Origin: an uncultured Bradyrhizobium sp.
GTDB taxonomy: Bacteria; Pseudomonadota; Alphaproteobacteria; Rhizobiales; Xanthobacteraceae
Assembly (NCBI GenBank): GCA_964423245.1
Contig: CAYREH010000002.1
Span: 225,191 to 289,190, forward strand
Length of the DNA stretch: 64,000 nucleotides
Reading direction: 5' to 3'
Position numbers and translations under genes: made by a program. The notes beneath the pieces are model-generated. The model did no database searches. It was not told the DNA's origin and saw only the letters and a list, made by a program, of their open reading frames with translations. Below are positions 28,572 through 39,720 of the stretch, in pieces. Within the stretch, counting starts at the first letter, position 1; each line of letters begins with the position of its first letter.

Positions 28572-30488
28572 ATGCTCGATTTCCTCGAACTCGAGGAGAC
28601 GGTCGGACGGGCGTGGCATCGTCTGGTCGGCTCAACCGCGTCGTATCCGGTCCATTTGGAGCATGCGGTCGCACTCGCAGACGTTCGCGGCAAGATGGCG
28701 GTGATGTTCCGAGCCCTCGGTGGCGAGAGGGGCGTGCAGATCGCAGGTTCCAAGGCGCGCAAGTCCGGACACCGGCTCGGTTGGCGGCAACGCATCGGGC
28801 TCGGTGACGAGGCGCTCGATCATCCCGGCCGCGACGGCGCCACTATTTTCCTGCCCGAGAGCATCGGCGTCTTCGCCGATCGGGAGCTTAACGCGGAGCT
28901 GTACGGCTGGCTGGCGGCCTGGTTCGCCGTTCAGCCCGTCTCTTCGATCGATGCGGTCGATCCCCTGCAGCGGGATCTCTTGACGTTGCGTCGGGTATGC
29001 GAGACGTCCGCGCTGGTTGTCGCCCGGTTTCCGGGACTCGCCGAGACCTACCGGCGGCTCGCCGGCGCGATGGCGGTCGCCCGCCCCCAGCGCCCGCTGC
29101 CGCGTCTGGAGCGGGACGTCGAGGCGATCGTGAGGGCGCTGCTCGGCGCCGGCGAGCCTCCGAATGGTAGGCTTTGGTACGCCATCGTCGGCGCCGGTGA
29201 GGCGCCCGAGAAAGCGCCGCCCGGTTACCGGCCCATGCTGCCTTGCCCGCTATGGGGCGATTGCTGGCTCCGGGAAGCAATAGCGCCGCAAGCCGACGAT
29301 GACGAGCAGCCGGCCGGAGCGGCCGAGGAAGCCGGTCCTGACACCCGCAAGCGCTTTGCGGTCCGGGAGCAGGAGGACAGGAAAGCTCAACGCGATCCTT
29401 TCATCCTCAATCGGTTCGAGAAGATCCTGGCGATGGCGGAGATGGTCAACGTCGATCGGCCGTCCGACGACAGCGATGAGGACGACGCGCGCAAGGCGGC
29501 CGACGATCTCGATGAGCTCGCGATCTCGCGGCGCAAGGGCAAGCCGGCGAGCAAGCTGAAGTTCGACCTCGATTTGCCGCCGGAGGCCGTCGACGCGACG
29601 CGGCTTGATGCGGGACGACTCTATCCGGAATGGAATTACCGCGCCGGCAGCTACATGCCGGATCACTGCCGCGTCCTGACGTCGGAGGCGAGCGAGCGAG
29701 GGGAAGACTGGCAGCCGGACGATGCCATGTTGCGGCGGATCCGGCAGGTCCGCCGACAATTCGAGGCGCTGCGGCCCCGCCACGAGCTCAAGAGGGCCCA
29801 ACCAGACGGGCACGACCTCGATCTGGACGCGCTGGTCCGGGCGCGATGCGACCTCCGCGCCGGAACGGGCTCGCTGGACCGCGTCCATCTGGCGATGCGC
29901 CCGCAGGGGCACGACCTGGCCGTCACCCTGCTGGTGGACGTGTCGCTCTCCACCGACGCCTGGGTCGACGGACATCGCGTTCTGGACGTCGAGAAGGAGG
30001 CGCTGTTGGTCCTGGCCAACGGGCTTTCGGCCTGCGGCGACCGCCACAGCATTCTGACGTTCACCTCGCGTCGCCGCAGCTGGGTTCGGCTCGAGACCGT
30101 TAAGGCGTTCGACGAACCCATGAGCTCGCAGGTCGAGAAGCGCATCGGAGCGCTGAAGCCGGGGTATTACACCCGCATCGGCGCCGCGGTCCGGCATGCC
30201 GCCTCCGAACTCGCCGCCCAGCCGCAGCGCAAGAAGCTGCTGATCGTCCTCACCGACGGCAAGCCGAACGATGTCGATCATTACGAAGGACGGTTCGCCG
30301 TGGAAGACTCGCGCAAGGCGGTCCAGGAAGCCCGGCGGCTGGGCACAGCCGTGTTCGGCGTCACGATCGACACCACCGCCCAGAGCTACCTTCCTACGCT
30401 GTTCGGGCGGGGTGGCTATGCCATCGTCGGCAACATCAAGCGCCTGCCGGCGGCCTTGCCCGCGATCTACCGCCAGCTGACGCAGTAG
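28572..30488 (+). CDS. norD: NorD VWA protein
   Basis: DVSLST MIDAS, YYTRIGAA, LTDGKPND. Confidence 0.96.
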   Translation: MLDFLELEETVGRAWHRLVGSTASYPVHLEHAVALADVRGKMAVMFRALGGERGVQIAGSKARKSGHRLGWRQRIGLGDEALDHPGRDGATIFLPESIGVFADRELNAELYGWLAAWFAVQPVSSIDAVDPLQRDLLTLRRVCETSALVVARFPGLAETYRRLAGAMAVARPQRPLPRLERDVEAIVRALLGAGEPPNGRLWYAIVGAGEAPEKAPPGYRPMLPCPLWGDCWLREAIAPQADDDEQPAGAAEEAGPDTRKRFAVREQEDRKAQRDPFILNRFEKILAMAEMVNVDRPSDDSDEDDARKAADDLDELAISRRKGKPASKLKFDLDLPPEAVDATRLDAGRLYPEWNYRAGSYMPDHCRVLTSEASERGEDWQPDDAMLRRIRQVRRQFEALRPRHELKRAQPDGHDLDLDALVRARCDLRAGTGSLDRVHLAMRPQGHDLAVTLLVDVSLSTDAWVDGHRVLDVEKEALLVLANGLSACGDRHSILTFTSRRRSWVRLETVKAFDEPMSSQVEKRIGALKPGYYTRIGAAVRHAASELAAQPQRKKLLIVLTDGKPNDVDHYEGRFAVEDSRKAVQEARRLGTAVFGVTIDTTAQSYLPTLFGRGGYAIVGNIKRLPAALPAIYRQLTQ

Positions 30489-30866
30489 CGGATCTCATGA
30501 TCCGCCGGGTTGCCCCGGCGGGACGCGACGGGCGTCCTGAGCGAACACCCGTCGGGTTTGTGCGCCTCCACAATTCCTCGGGTGAGATTTTCGCCGGTGC
30601 CGTTATGAGGCAGCCCGCGCGGCCCGGAGGCGCCGGCCGTGGGATGGCACCGCCGTGGCGGGCCAGCGAACCGGTCCCTTGATCGCAGGATCTAAACTTG
30701 AGTCCGAATAGTCGTTTCCGCATTTCGGGTTAACCCGCTTGGCGGAATCCGGCCTTAGTGTCGGCGATCGGTCAAATACATCGATAACTCGAAGAGACTA
30801 GGTTCTCGCGCGATATTGAGGCGCGCCTTCGGGCGGCCTCCAATTTTACGGAGCGAAGCAACTGCC

Positions 30867-32960
30867 ATGCGAAAGAATTTACCGGTGATCGAGATCGAAT
30901 ACTTGATCACTGATGAGACTCTGATCGTTTCCAAGACCGATTTGAAGGGCAAGCTCACCTACTTCAACGAACAGTTCGTGGAAGCGTCCGGCTTTACCAG
31001 CGACGAACTGATGGGACAGCCGCATAATATCGTGCGCCATCCCGACATGCCCGCAGAAGCCTTCGACGATCTCTGGGAAACCTTGAGATCCGGCAAGCCC
31101 TGGGCGGGCGCGGTGAAGAACCGCCGCAAGAACGGTGATTTTTATTGGGTTCTTGCCAGCGCTACCCCGATTTGGGAGGGCGGGCACGTCGTCGGCTACA
31201 TGTCGATTCGATCCAAGCTCGCTGACGATCAACGCGAGGCGGCCGAACGGGTCTACGCCGCCGTCCGTGAGAAGAAGGCGCAGAACTACCGCATCGAGGC
31301 CGGCAACATTCGCAGAAAATCGCTATTGGATGCGTTCGCCCCGTTTAGGAAGTCATTTAGGGCACGCCTGGTCACTCTCGTCGGAGTCCTGTCGCTTGCG
31401 ATCGTCCTGGTCGATGCGGTCGGATTGGTGGGCTTCAATCAGGCGAACCTTCACACCAAATCGATCTATGAGGACCGATCCATTCCGCTTGCGCAGCTCT
31501 TCGAGATCAACGACAAGATGCGCGAAAATACTCTGACGCTCTTCGATGCCGCCGCGCGCGGCAGGAGCGGGCGTCCCGCCGAGGACCCGGCGGCGCGGAT
31601 CCAAAGCAATATCGAACGCATCTCCACGGTATGGGCCGAGTATATGGCCACCTATCTCACGCCCGAAGAGAAGATAGCGGCGGACAGGTTTGCGTCGAAG
31701 CGGACATCGTACGTAGGTAGCCTCAGAGCGGCGGTGGTCATGGAATCGCAGCGTCGTTTCGAAGATCTCGACATGCAGTTGGTGGAGACGGCTACGGCGT
31801 TCGCGGCGACGAAATCGGATCTCGATCGCCTGGTCGACATCCAGGTCAAGGAGGCCAAGGTGGAATTCGAAGCCGCCGAAAGCGTCTATCGAAGCAGCAT
31901 CGTGATCGCCTTGGGCGCGCTGATCGCCGGATTGCTGGTGGGCGGGATGCTCGCCTTTCGCACGATCCGTGCGATCGGCCGGCCGCTGACGCAGCTCAAC
32001 GAGATCATGTCGAAGATTGCGCAGGGGATATTCAACACCCGGGTCGAAGTCGAGCGAGACGACGAAGCCGGTATCGCCCTTCGCAATCTGCAGGCTCTTC
32101 AATCGAAGCTCGGTTTCGATCGGGAGTCGCAGCAGGATATGCAAAAGAAGTCGGAGGAGCGTCGCAAGGAGGACATGCACCGCCTCGCCAGCGAATTCGA
32201 GACGGCGGTCGGCGAGATCGTCGAGACGGTCGCTGCAGCCGCGACGGAGCTCGAAGCTTCGGCCGGAACGCTGACGCGAACCGCCGGTTCGACTAAGGAG
32301 ATGTCGGTGGCCGTCGCGGCCGCATCCGAGGAAGCGTCGACCAACGTTCACTCCGTCGCCTCCGCCACGGAGGAGATGGCGTCTTCGGTCCACGAAATCA
32401 GCCGTCGCGTTCAGGATTCGGCCAAGCTCGCCGCGGATGCCGTCGATCAGGCTCGACAAAGCAACGAGCGCGTCCGACGACTGTCAGCGGCGGCCAACCG
32501 TATTGGCGATGTCGTCGATCTGATCAACAGTATCGCGGGCCAACCAAATCTCCTGGCGCTCAATGCGACAATCGAAGCTGCCCGCGCCGGGGATGCTGGA
32601 CGGGGATTTGCCGTGGTCGCCTCCGAAGTGAAGGCACTGGCCGAACAGACCGCAAAAGCGACTGGGGAAATCGGGCAGCAGGTAAGCGGTATCCAGATAG
32701 CAACCGTAGAATCTGCAGATCAGATCGAGAAAATCGGTCTGACGATCGTCAGCCTCGCCGAAATATCCGCTGCGGTCGCGGCTGCGGTGGAAGAGCAGGG
32801 CGCGGCGACGCAGGAGATCTCGCGCAACGTGCAGCAAGGAGCCAGCGAGACAGGCGCGGCATCATCCCAGGTTCTTTCTTCGGCGACGTCCCTGTCGACG
32901 GAGAGCAGTCGTCTTAAAGCGGAGGTGGCACGTTTTCTCGCCGGCGTCCGGGCCGCGTGA
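30867..32960 (+). CDS. Methyl-accepting chemotaxis protein with Aer-like PAS and periplasmic four-helix domain
   Basis: [22 protein letters not shown]; two [21 protein letters not shown]. Confidence 0.92.
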   Translation: MRKNLPVIEIEYLITDETLIVSKTDLKGKLTYFNEQFVEASGFTSDELMGQPHNIVRHPDMPAEAFDDLWETLRSGKPWAGAVKNRRKNGDFYWVLASATPIWEGGHVVGYMSIRSKLADDQREAAERVYAAVREKKAQNYRIEAGNIRRKSLLDAFAPFRKSFRARLVTLVGVLSLAIVLVDAVGLVGFNQANLHTKSIYEDRSIPLAQLFEINDKMRENTLTLFDAAARGRSGRPAEDPAARIQSNIERISTVWAEYMATYLTPEEKIAADRFASKRTSYVGSLRAAVVMESQRRFEDLDMQLVETATAFAATKSDLDRLVDIQVKEAKVEFEAAESVYRSSIVIALGALIAGLLVGGMLAFRTIRAIGRPLTQLNEIMSKIAQGIFNTRVEVERDDEAGIALRNLQALQSKLGFDRESQQDMQKKSEERRKEDMHRLASEFETAVGEIVETVAAAATELEASAGTLTRTAGSTKEMSVAVAAASEEASTNVHSVASATEEMASSVHEISRRVQDSAKLAADAVDQARQSNERVRRLSAAANRIGDVVDLINSIAGQPNLLALNATIEAARAGDAGRGFAVVASEVKALAEQTAKATGEIGQQVSGIQIATVESADQIEKIGLTIVSLAEISAAVAAAVEEQGAATQEISRNVQQGASETGAASSQVLSSATSLSTESSRLKAEVARFLAGVRAA

Positions 32961-33026
32961 GGTTTGGAGACCGAAAATGGCGGGGATTGAGTGGCGCTGT
33001 CACGGAAGTCGCGGCAGCCATCCCTC

Positions 33027-33228
33027 ATGGGACATCGCGCCGAGACGAGGTTGCCGGCCTGCACTGGATGCGGGCGGCCGGCGGAGCGCGTGGGTGCGCT
33101 ACCTGAGATTGGAGCCCTACGTGGAAATCTACAAGTGCGTCGGATGCCGATTGATTATCTCGATCCCCGACTTGCGGACGACGCAAGGGCGGAACTCATC
33201 GACAGCCCCGGACGTTAGCGAGCGCTAA
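33027..33228 (+). pseudogene. Frameshifted small zinc-ribbon gene
   Basis: CTGC..GALPEIG in one frame, VEIYKCVGC in another; shift near 33120. Confidence 0.5.
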
Positions 33229-33267
33229 CGCTCCGTTTTCGAAGGTCGAAAGGACCAGCAACGCGCG

Positions 33268-34356
33268 GTGCCAGAAAGAGAACTTGAGCATATTTCGGCC
33301 ATGCCGCGCGCGTTCATGGATGGCATCGAAGTCGGTCTATCGCTCGTCGACGTGCGTACCGGCCGGGCCACCTTCGCGAACAGCGAATTCTGTCGGATAC
33401 TCGGCTATTCGGAAGACGATTTGGTCGGCAAAAATATCAGTTTGCCCGATTTGATCCATCCGGACGATCGGGAACGAAACGAAGTCGAATTCCGGAGAAT
33501 CCTGGCCGGGGAAACATCCTCCTATCGAATCGACGTGCGACACATCTTCGCCGATGGTAACATCCTGTGGGCGCACGTCGCCGTCCGGGGGATCAGAGAC
33601 AGCAATGGCGAACTGCGCTGGTGTTCTGCGGCCGCCTTCGATATCACGGCTTCGAAACTGATCGAGCGTCAACTTCTGGCGGCCCGCGAAGTCGCCGGTC
33701 TCGCCACGTGGATCTTCGAGGTCGAGACCAACTCGAGCGAGACCTCGCCAGGCTACAACGCCTTATTCGGCGTTTCTCCGCAAACGGGGTCTCCCTCATT
33801 GGAAGATCTTCTCGCCCGGGTCCATCCCGACGATCGCGATCTCGTCGCCTCATCCGTCAAGAAGGCCGTATCATCCGGCACGGGCTATAGCCACGAATAT
33901 CGGATCGTCGGAGAGGACGGAAATTTGCGTTGGCTCCGTGGCGTGGCGACGTGTCTTTACGATGCCGATGGAAAGGTCCGGAATCTCGTCGGAGCGACCG
34001 TCGACATAACAGCCGAGAAGGCGGCGTTTGCGCTAGACCTTCCCCAGCCATTCCGCGACATTGTCGAATACATCAATATCAATTGGAGCAAGCGGCTCAG
34101 CGTGGAGGAAGTTGCGGCGCGTTTCGGCATCAGCAGCCGCAGCCTTTATCGGTTCTTCAAGACGAGAGGCGATACGTTTGTCGGTCACATCAAGCGGATC
34201 AGGCTGCAGCACGCCCGTCGCATGCTGATCGAGGCGAAACCCGGCGCAACGGTAACCGGCGTCGCTTTCGGGTGCGGCTTCTCCAATCCCGGGCACTTCG
34301 CCAAAGATTATCGCGCGGAGTTCGGCGAACTGCCCTCGGACACACTCCGCCGTTAG
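33268..34356 (+). CDS. PAS-PAS-AraC transcriptional regulator
   Basis: Two HPDD PAS/PAC units; AraC HTH SRSLYRFF..GFSNPGHFAKDYRAEFGELPS. Confidence 0.88.
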   Translation: MPERELEHISAMPRAFMDGIEVGLSLVDVRTGRATFANSEFCRILGYSEDDLVGKNISLPDLIHPDDRERNEVEFRRILAGETSSYRIDVRHIFADGNILWAHVAVRGIRDSNGELRWCSAAAFDITASKLIERQLLAAREVAGLATWIFEVETNSSETSPGYNALFGVSPQTGSPSLEDLLARVHPDDRDLVASSVKKAVSSGTGYSHEYRIVGEDGNLRWLRGVATCLYDADGKVRNLVGATVDITAEKAAFALDLPQPFRDIVEYININWSKRLSVEEVAARFGISSRSLYRFFKTRGDTFVGHIKRIRLQHARRMLIEAKPGATVTGVAFGCGFSNPGHFAKDYRAEFGELPSDTLRR

Positions 34357-34585
34357 TCGGAGGCGAAATCCGGATGTTGCTTGGATTTGCGCTGGCTTGA
34401 CTTCGTTCGGTTTTGAAATCGAGGGTGATGTGGCGGCTGACAGCGGATCTCGATCGCCTTGGTCCAAGCCCAGACGCGTTTGGTCGCGATTGATAAATTG
34501 GAACACCCCTTCAACGGACTCCCACGCCGTCGGTTTGTAGTCACTGTGCAGGGATCAGGTCCCTGCCGGCTCGGAGGGCGCGCTC

Positions 34586-35938
34586 TTAGACAGCGCGACT
34601 GTGGGTCGCGGTGGAGCGGGAAAGATGAGCGTCGAACGCAGAAGCCAAACTTCGGACCAGAAATTCGGCCCCGTCGCTTATCGAGATCAAATCGTCGTTC
34701 ACGGTGACTGCTCCGTCCGCGACGAGACTTTCGAGCCGCGAGCGATCGACGATGGCCGCGTGGGGATCGCGGCCGTGCGATCTGGCGATCTTGGAGAGAT
34801 CCACGGCCATGTCGCACATGACGCGTTCGATGATGTCGGCGCGGAAGCGGTCGTCTCCGGTGAACGCGTAACCCTTTACGGTCGCCGGGCGGTCCTCGGC
34901 GATGCGCGACAGGTACTCACGGGTCGCGACTACGTTCTGCACGAAGCCCTGCGGCATCCGGCCGATCGCGCTTGCGCCGAGTCCGATGAGCGTTTCGGCC
35001 GCATCGTCGGTGTAGCCCTGGAAGTTCCGGCGCAGCCGGCCTTCGCGCTTCGCGACGGCGAGCTCGTCCGTAGGCAGTGCGAAGTGATCGAAGCCGATGC
35101 GCACGTAGCCCGCATCGACAAGCGCGTCCGCGATCGCCTCCGACTGCAGATGCCGTTCGGCGCTGTCGGGGAGCGCGCCCTCGTCGATCTTGCGCTGATG
35201 CTTCTTGAACGAAGGCACGTGCGCGTAGCCGAACACGGAGAATCGGTCCGGACGAAGCTCGATGCATCGCGCCACGGTATCGAGGCAGGAGCCGACCGTC
35301 TGCAGCGGCAGGCCGTACAGAAGGTCGAAGTTCAGCTTGCCGATGCCGTTGCGGCGCAGGCCTTCGGCGCATCGGGCGGTCTGGTCGAAGCTCTGTACGC
35401 GGTTGATCGCGCGCTGGACCGCGGGGTCGAAGCTCTGAACGCCTAGACTGGCGCGGTTGACCCCGCTGAAGCCCAAGGCCTCCGTCATGGGCTCGGTCAA
35501 AGTTCGCGGGTCGATTTCGACGGCGATCTCGGCGTCGGGCAGCACGAAGTAGGAATAGCGCAGCGCGCCGACCAGGTCGGCGAAGGTCTCCGGCGTCATG
35601 ATCGTCGGCGTGCCGCCGCCGAAGTGGATGTGCGAGATCGGTTGCCGATGGCCGATGTTGTCCGCGACCAGATGAGCCTCGTTGCGCAAGCCCGAAGCGT
35701 AGATGGCGATCGGGTCGTCCTTCTTGGTGACCGAGGTGTGGCAGCCGCAGTACCAGCACATGGACCGGCAGAACGGCACGTGCACGTAGATCGAGGCCGG
35801 CCGCCGCGGCGAGATCGACTTTAGCCATCCGCGATATTCGGCCTCGCCGATCGACGGGCTGAAGTGAGGAGCCGTCGGGTAGCTGGTGTAGCGGGGGAGC
35901 CGGTCTTGACCGTATCGCCGTGCGAGTTCCGAGCGCAT
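34586..35938 (-). CDS. hemN: Oxygen-independent coproporphyrinogen III dehydrogenase
   Basis: PRYTSYPTA, HVPFCRSMCWYCGC, GGGTP, RNFQGY. Confidence 0.96.
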   Translation of the reverse strand: MRSELARRYGQDRLPRYTSYPTAPHFSPSIGEAEYRGWLKSISPRRPASIYVHVPFCRSMCWYCGCHTSVTKKDDPIAIYASGLRNEAHLVADNIGHRQPISHIHFGGGTPTIMTPETFADLVGALRYSYFVLPDAEIAVEIDPRTLTEPMTEALGFSGVNRASLGVQSFDPAVQRAINRVQSFDQTARCAEGLRRNGIGKLNFDLLYGLPLQTVGSCLDTVARCIELRPDRFSVFGYAHVPSFKKHQRKIDEGALPDSAERHLQSEAIADALVDAGYVRIGFDHFALPTDELAVAKREGRLRRNFQGYTDDAAETLIGLGASAIGRMPQGFVQNVVATREYLSRIAEDRPATVKGYAFTGDDRFRADIIERVMCDMAVDLSKIARSHGRDPHAAIVDRSRLESLVADGAVTVNDDLISISDGAEFLVRSLASAFDAHLSRSTATHSRAV

Positions 35939-35989
35939 GTACCTGTCCTTTGTCCGCGCCATGAATGCCTGAAGCGGGCGCCGGTCTCG

Positions 35990-36003
35990 TTGCGTCAGGT
36001 CAA
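35990..36003 (-). promoter_or_regulatory. FixK box upstream of hemN
   Basis: TTGACCTGACGCAA on minus strand. Confidence 0.75.
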
Positions 36004-36014
36004 ACTAGATCGCG

Positions 36015-36437
36015 TTAGAACGGCTTGACGACGACGAGGACGACGACGGCCGCCAGGGTCGCGACGGGAAGTGCGCTGACGACGCGGTAGACGCTCGGAT
36101 TTCTCCTCGCATGGTTGACACCGAAATCCTTCACCCACCGCGAGAAGACGCCGTGAGCGCCGGACAGGGCGAAGCCCAGAACGAACTTGATCATGAACCA
36201 GGGCGAGGTCCACCAGTGACCCAGCCATGCGAGACAGGGGCCGGCGATCCAGGCCACGATCATCGCGGGGTTGATGACAGTCTTGAGCAGGCGGCGTTCG
36301 ATCGCCTTGAAGGTTTCCGATGCTGCGGATCCGACGGGGGCACCGCAGTGGTAGACGAACAGCCAGGGCAGGCAGATCATGCCGAACACCCAGACCACCA
36401 CTGCGACGACGTGCAGCGCTTTCACCCAATCGTACAT
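36015..36437 (-). CDS. hemJ: Protoporphyrinogen oxidase HemJ family
   Basis: WVKALHVVAV, LFVYH, ERRLLK.VINPAM, VVVKPF. Confidence 0.85.
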   Translation of the reverse strand: MYDWVKALHVVAVVVWVFGMICLPWLFVYHCGAPVGSAASETFKAIERRLLKTVINPAMIVAWIAGPCLAWLGHWWTSPWFMIKFVLGFALSGAHGVFSRWVKDFGVNHARRNPSVYRVVSALPVATLAAVVVLVVVKPF

Positions 36438-36463
36438 CGGACGGCCCCGGGACCTCGAAAGCG

Positions 36464-37348
36464 TCAGGCGCGCCGCAGAAGCCTAGAGACGCCGCGAACC
36501 ACGCCGGCGATCACGGACGACGGCCGCTCGACGACGAGTCTGAAGCCGAGGTTGTCGGGGGGAACGCCGACCGCGCATCCGCCGGCCTTGGCGTCGCGGA
36601 TAAAGTCCGTGACGTAGGCGCGATGCTGCCCCTCGACGACCCTTACGCCGCAGTTGGGGTTTTCCGAGACGATCTTGCCGGCATCGTCGAGCACGCGCCG
36701 GACGAAGCAGGATGCGGTCCATTCCCACACGTTGCCGCCGACGTCCTGCAGGCCGTTTTCGTTGGAGCCGAAGCTTCCGAACGATCGGGTGCCGGGGACG
36801 GACGGAGCCCGATCGGCTTCGCGTTCGTAGCGGGCGATCCAGCGTTTCGAGGGATCGTTGTCGTCGATGACTATTCCGTCGTCCTTGAACTTGCTGCCGG
36901 CGGCGTACGCCCATTCTTCATCGGTCGGCAGACGATAAGCGTCCCCGGTCCTGCGCGACAGCCACGCGGCATAACCGTCGGCGTCGTACCAGGATATCTG
37001 GACGGCCGGACGGTCCGCGGCGACGACGACGCCGCGGTCGAGCGCGCGGCAGCCGCCGTCGTCGACGCAGAGTTGGTAATCGGCGGAGGAAACCTGATGC
37101 TTCATGATGGCGAGCGGTTTCGAAAGGCTCACTCGGACGAGTGGCGCCGAGGCCTGCTTGCCTGTCCGGGTGAAGTCGCCGTTGACGCGGTAAGGAGCCG
37201 ATCCGGAGTGCAGTTGAACGATGGCCTGCCGGTCGCGAAGGCCGACGTCGAGAACAACGTCGTCCATCACAAGCGGCGCCACCGCCAGAGGTCCTGCAAG
37301 GCCCGCCGCGCAGGCCAGAGCCAGTTTGAGCTTGAACGCAATCAGCAT
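36464..37348 (-). CDS. nirV: NirV (formylglycine-generating enzyme family)
   Basis: YRLPTDEEW, GGNVWEW, GGCAVG.PPDNLGFRLV; downstream of nirK. Confidence 0.88.
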   Translation of the reverse strand: MLIAFKLKLALACAAGLAGPLAVAPLVMDDVVLDVGLRDRQAIVQLHSGSAPYRVNGDFTRTGKQASAPLVRVSLSKPLAIMKHQVSSADYQLCVDDGGCRALDRGVVVAADRPAVQISWYDADGYAAWLSRRTGDAYRLPTDEEWAYAAGSKFKDDGIVIDDNDPSKRWIARYEREADRAPSVPGTRSFGSFGSNENGLQDVGGNVWEWTASCFVRRVLDDAGKIVSENPNCGVRVVEGQHRAYVTDFIRDAKAGGCAVGVPPDNLGFRLVVERPSSVIAGVVRGVSRLLRRA

Positions 37349-37410
37349 GGCCGTCTCGGTCGGGAGAGGAGGGTGCCGGCGGGGCCGGCACCGGAGTCTT
37401 GCGGTCTTTG

Positions 37411-38514
37411 TCAGTTCGTCTTCGGAGCCGGAATTTCGGACGGCGCCTTCACCTGGGTCATCAGATCATCGTTCCACTTGCCCTCGACCTTGAAGTGGGC
37501 GGTGGCGCCGAGCTCCACGGCCTCGATCAGGTTATGGGTCACATAGGCGTAGATGCCGGGTTCGAGGAACGTATAGAGCGCGGCACCTGCGGATCCGCCG
37601 CGGATGAACCATGTCTCAAGCCCCGTCTGCGGAGCGTTCGAAAACTTGCCCGTCTCCCAGACGTAGTCGCCGTGGCCGCCGATCAGATGCGGGCGGCTAT
37701 CGCGGTTGGCCTCTGAATGCACGATCAGCACGGTCTCCCCGACCTTGGCGGTCAACGCGTTCTTGCCCGTCAGCGCGCCGACTTTGCCGTTGAACACGAC
37801 GTGGGTCGGAACCAGCTTACGCATCACCTCGACCGTATCGGTATAGGCTTCGCCCGGAGAGTCGTAGGACTTGAAGTTACCCTTCTCGTCTTTCGGGATG
37901 TAGATGTCCTGCTCGCCGATATAGACGACCTTGTCGTAGTGCAGCGACTTGCCTTTTCCGTCGGTTAGGCCTTCGCGCGGCAATACCATGACGGCGCCGT
38001 TCATGCCGGATACGACGTGCCAGGGGATCATCGGCCCGCCCGGGGCGCAATGATAGACGAAGGTGCCGGTTCGGGTTGCCTTCCAGCGGATCGTCACCTG
38101 TTCGCCGGGATTCACCAGAGACAGCTCGGCACCGCCGAGAGCGCCCGTGGCGGAGTGGAAGTCGATGTTGTGAGGCATCGAATTGGCGGCCGGATTGACC
38201 AGCGTCACTTCGACGTAGTCGCCTTCATGCACGACCATCAGCGGGCCGGGCATCGAGCCGTTGAAGGTCATCGCCTGGAACGTCGTTCCTTCGTTGTCGA
38301 TCACGATCTTCTTCTCTTCGATCGGCAGCGTGAACTCGATGATCTTCGGGCCGGCCTTGGTCGCCTGTTCGTGCGGATGCACGAAGGGCGGAGCGACCAG
38401 GTCGATATGCTGGCGCGGCAGCTTGAGATCGTCCGCCGCTCCGGCCAATGCCGGTCCGGTCAGCATCAATGCCGCGAAAGCGGCTCCCATCAGGGCGGTC
38501 CTTCTCGTCAGCAT
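37411..38514 (-). CDS. nirK: Copper-containing nitrite reductase
   Basis: Tat leader, [33 protein letters not shown]. Confidence 0.98.
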   Translation of the reverse strand: MLTRRTALMGAAFAALMLTGPALAGAADDLKLPRQHIDLVAPPFVHPHEQATKAGPKIIEFTLPIEEKKIVIDNEGTTFQAMTFNGSMPGPLMVVHEGDYVEVTLVNPAANSMPHNIDFHSATGALGGAELSLVNPGEQVTIRWKATRTGTFVYHCAPGGPMIPWHVVSGMNGAVMVLPREGLTDGKGKSLHYDKVVYIGEQDIYIPKDEKGNFKSYDSPGEAYTDTVEVMRKLVPTHVVFNGKVGALTGKNALTAKVGETVLIVHSEANRDSRPHLIGGHGDYVWETGKFSNAPQTGLETWFIRGGSAGAALYTFLEPGIYAYVTHNLIEAVELGATAHFKVEGKWNDDLMTQVKAPSEIPAPKTN

Positions 38515-38585
38515 GATCGTCTCCATCGCTTTCGCTTTTTGCCAATTCGATGGGTGGATCATGCGCGATGGCGGCGCCAGTCTCT

Positions 38586-38599
38586 TTGCGCTGGAGCAA
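38586..38599. promoter_or_regulatory. NnrR/FixK box upstream of nirK
   Basis: TTGCGCTGGAGCAA. Confidence 0.72.
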
Positions 38600-38640
38600 G
38601 GTTCGCAAAGATTCGCCAAAGCGAGGCTTCGTCGGGAAGT

Positions 38641-38654
38641 TTGCGCGGGAGCAA
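38641..38654. promoter_or_regulatory. Second NnrR/FixK box, positioned for the DUF1858 gene
   Basis: TTGCGCGGGAGCAA. Confidence 0.68.
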
Positions 38655-38688
38655 AGATCGCTCGCAGGAACGCGGCCATCGTGGCCGC

Positions 38689-38892
38689 ATGAAAAACTGC
38701 CAACCTACCGCCGAAATGTCCGTCGACGACGTGATGCGCCGATGGCCGTCCACCATCCGCGTCTTCCTCGATTTCAGGATGCGCTGCGTGGGCTGTCCGA
38801 TCGCGGCCTTCCATTCGATCGACGAAGCGTGCGAGGAGCACGACGTCGACGCCGGCGCCTTTCTGCCCAGGATACTGGAAGCGGCCGCCTAG
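38689..38892 (+). CDS. DUF1858 (redox disulfide domain) protein
   Basis: [31 protein letters not shown]; alternative start 38716. Confidence 0.82.
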   Translation: MKNCQPTAEMSVDDVMRRWPSTIRVFLDFRMRCVGCPIAAFHSIDEACEEHDVDAGAFLPRILEAAA

Positions 38893-39611
38893 GGCCCGCG
38901 CCTGCGGACCTGGATGGCTTCTTCACCCTCGGCGAGGCCTTGCAGGCGATGCGCGTCGCGCAGCACGATGCGCTGCCTTCCGCCCTCGACCAGTCCTTCG
39001 CTTTCCCAGGCGCTCAGGATGCGGCTGACAGTGTGCAGCGTCGTTCCGGTCATCTCCGCGATGTCCTGACGGCTGATCGGGAAGTCGATCTCGACCCCGG
39101 CGTCCACCTTCTTGCCGGCCTGCTTCGCCAAACGGAGCAGCGCGTGCGCGACGCGTTGCTCGACCTGCTCGTTCGAGATCTCGATGACACGGGCCTGCGT
39201 GTCCTGAAGCCGGCTGCCGACTGTCTGGAGCGCACTCGCGGCGAGCGTCGGATACTTGACGATCAGGCGCTGCCAGGAGGACGACGGCCACACCAGCGCG
39301 ATGCTGTCGACGGCGGCGACCGACGTCGCGGGGTAGTGCGTCATGTTCATGGCCTGCGCGACGCCGAAGAGTTCCCCGGCGGAGACGTAGCGCACGACGC
39401 TCTGTTGCCCCTGCGGCGTCGTCTTCTCGACGCGGAGGTGGCCGTGCAGCAGCAGAAAGAATCGATCCGCCGCAGCCCCTTGGTCGAAGACCGCGCTGCC
39501 CTTGGTGTAGCGCACCGAACGCGCTTCGCGCAGCAGCCCGTCCTGCTCGGCCGGCGAGAGACCGGCGAACATCGGCAGATTGGCGACCAGCGACCGGTCG
39601 ACTGCGGCCAT
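38889..39611 (-). CDS. nnrR: NO-responsive Crp/Fnr regulator NnrR
   Basis: [32 protein letters not shown]; next to nirK. Confidence 0.92.
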   Translation of the reverse strand: MAAVDRSLVANLPMFAGLSPAEQDGLLREARSVRYTKGSAVFDQGAAADRFFLLLHGHLRVEKTTPQGQQSVVRYVSAGELFGVAQAMNMTHYPATSVAAVDSIALVWPSSSWQRLIVKYPTLAASALQTVGSRLQDTQARVIEISNEQVEQRVAHALLRLAKQAGKKVDAGVEIDFPISRQDIAEMTGTTLHTVSRILSAWESEGLVEGGRQRIVLRDAHRLQGLAEGEEAIQVRRRGP

Positions 39612-39706
39612 GGGGAAACCCTCGGATTAGGCCGGCAGACTACCTGCCCTCGCGGCAAGCCTCAACGGGCACGGCGCCTCTTTACCCCGGGAAACCTTCG
39701 GCGAAC

Positions 39707-39720
39707 TTGCGCTGGCGCAA
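39707..39720. promoter_or_regulatory. FixK/NnrR box upstream of nnrR
   Basis: TTGCGCTGGCGCAA. Confidence 0.72.

Noticed and set aside
30676..30700. TTGATCGCAGGATCTAA as FNR box for the Aer-like MCP
   Set aside because: Wrong spacing and right half site
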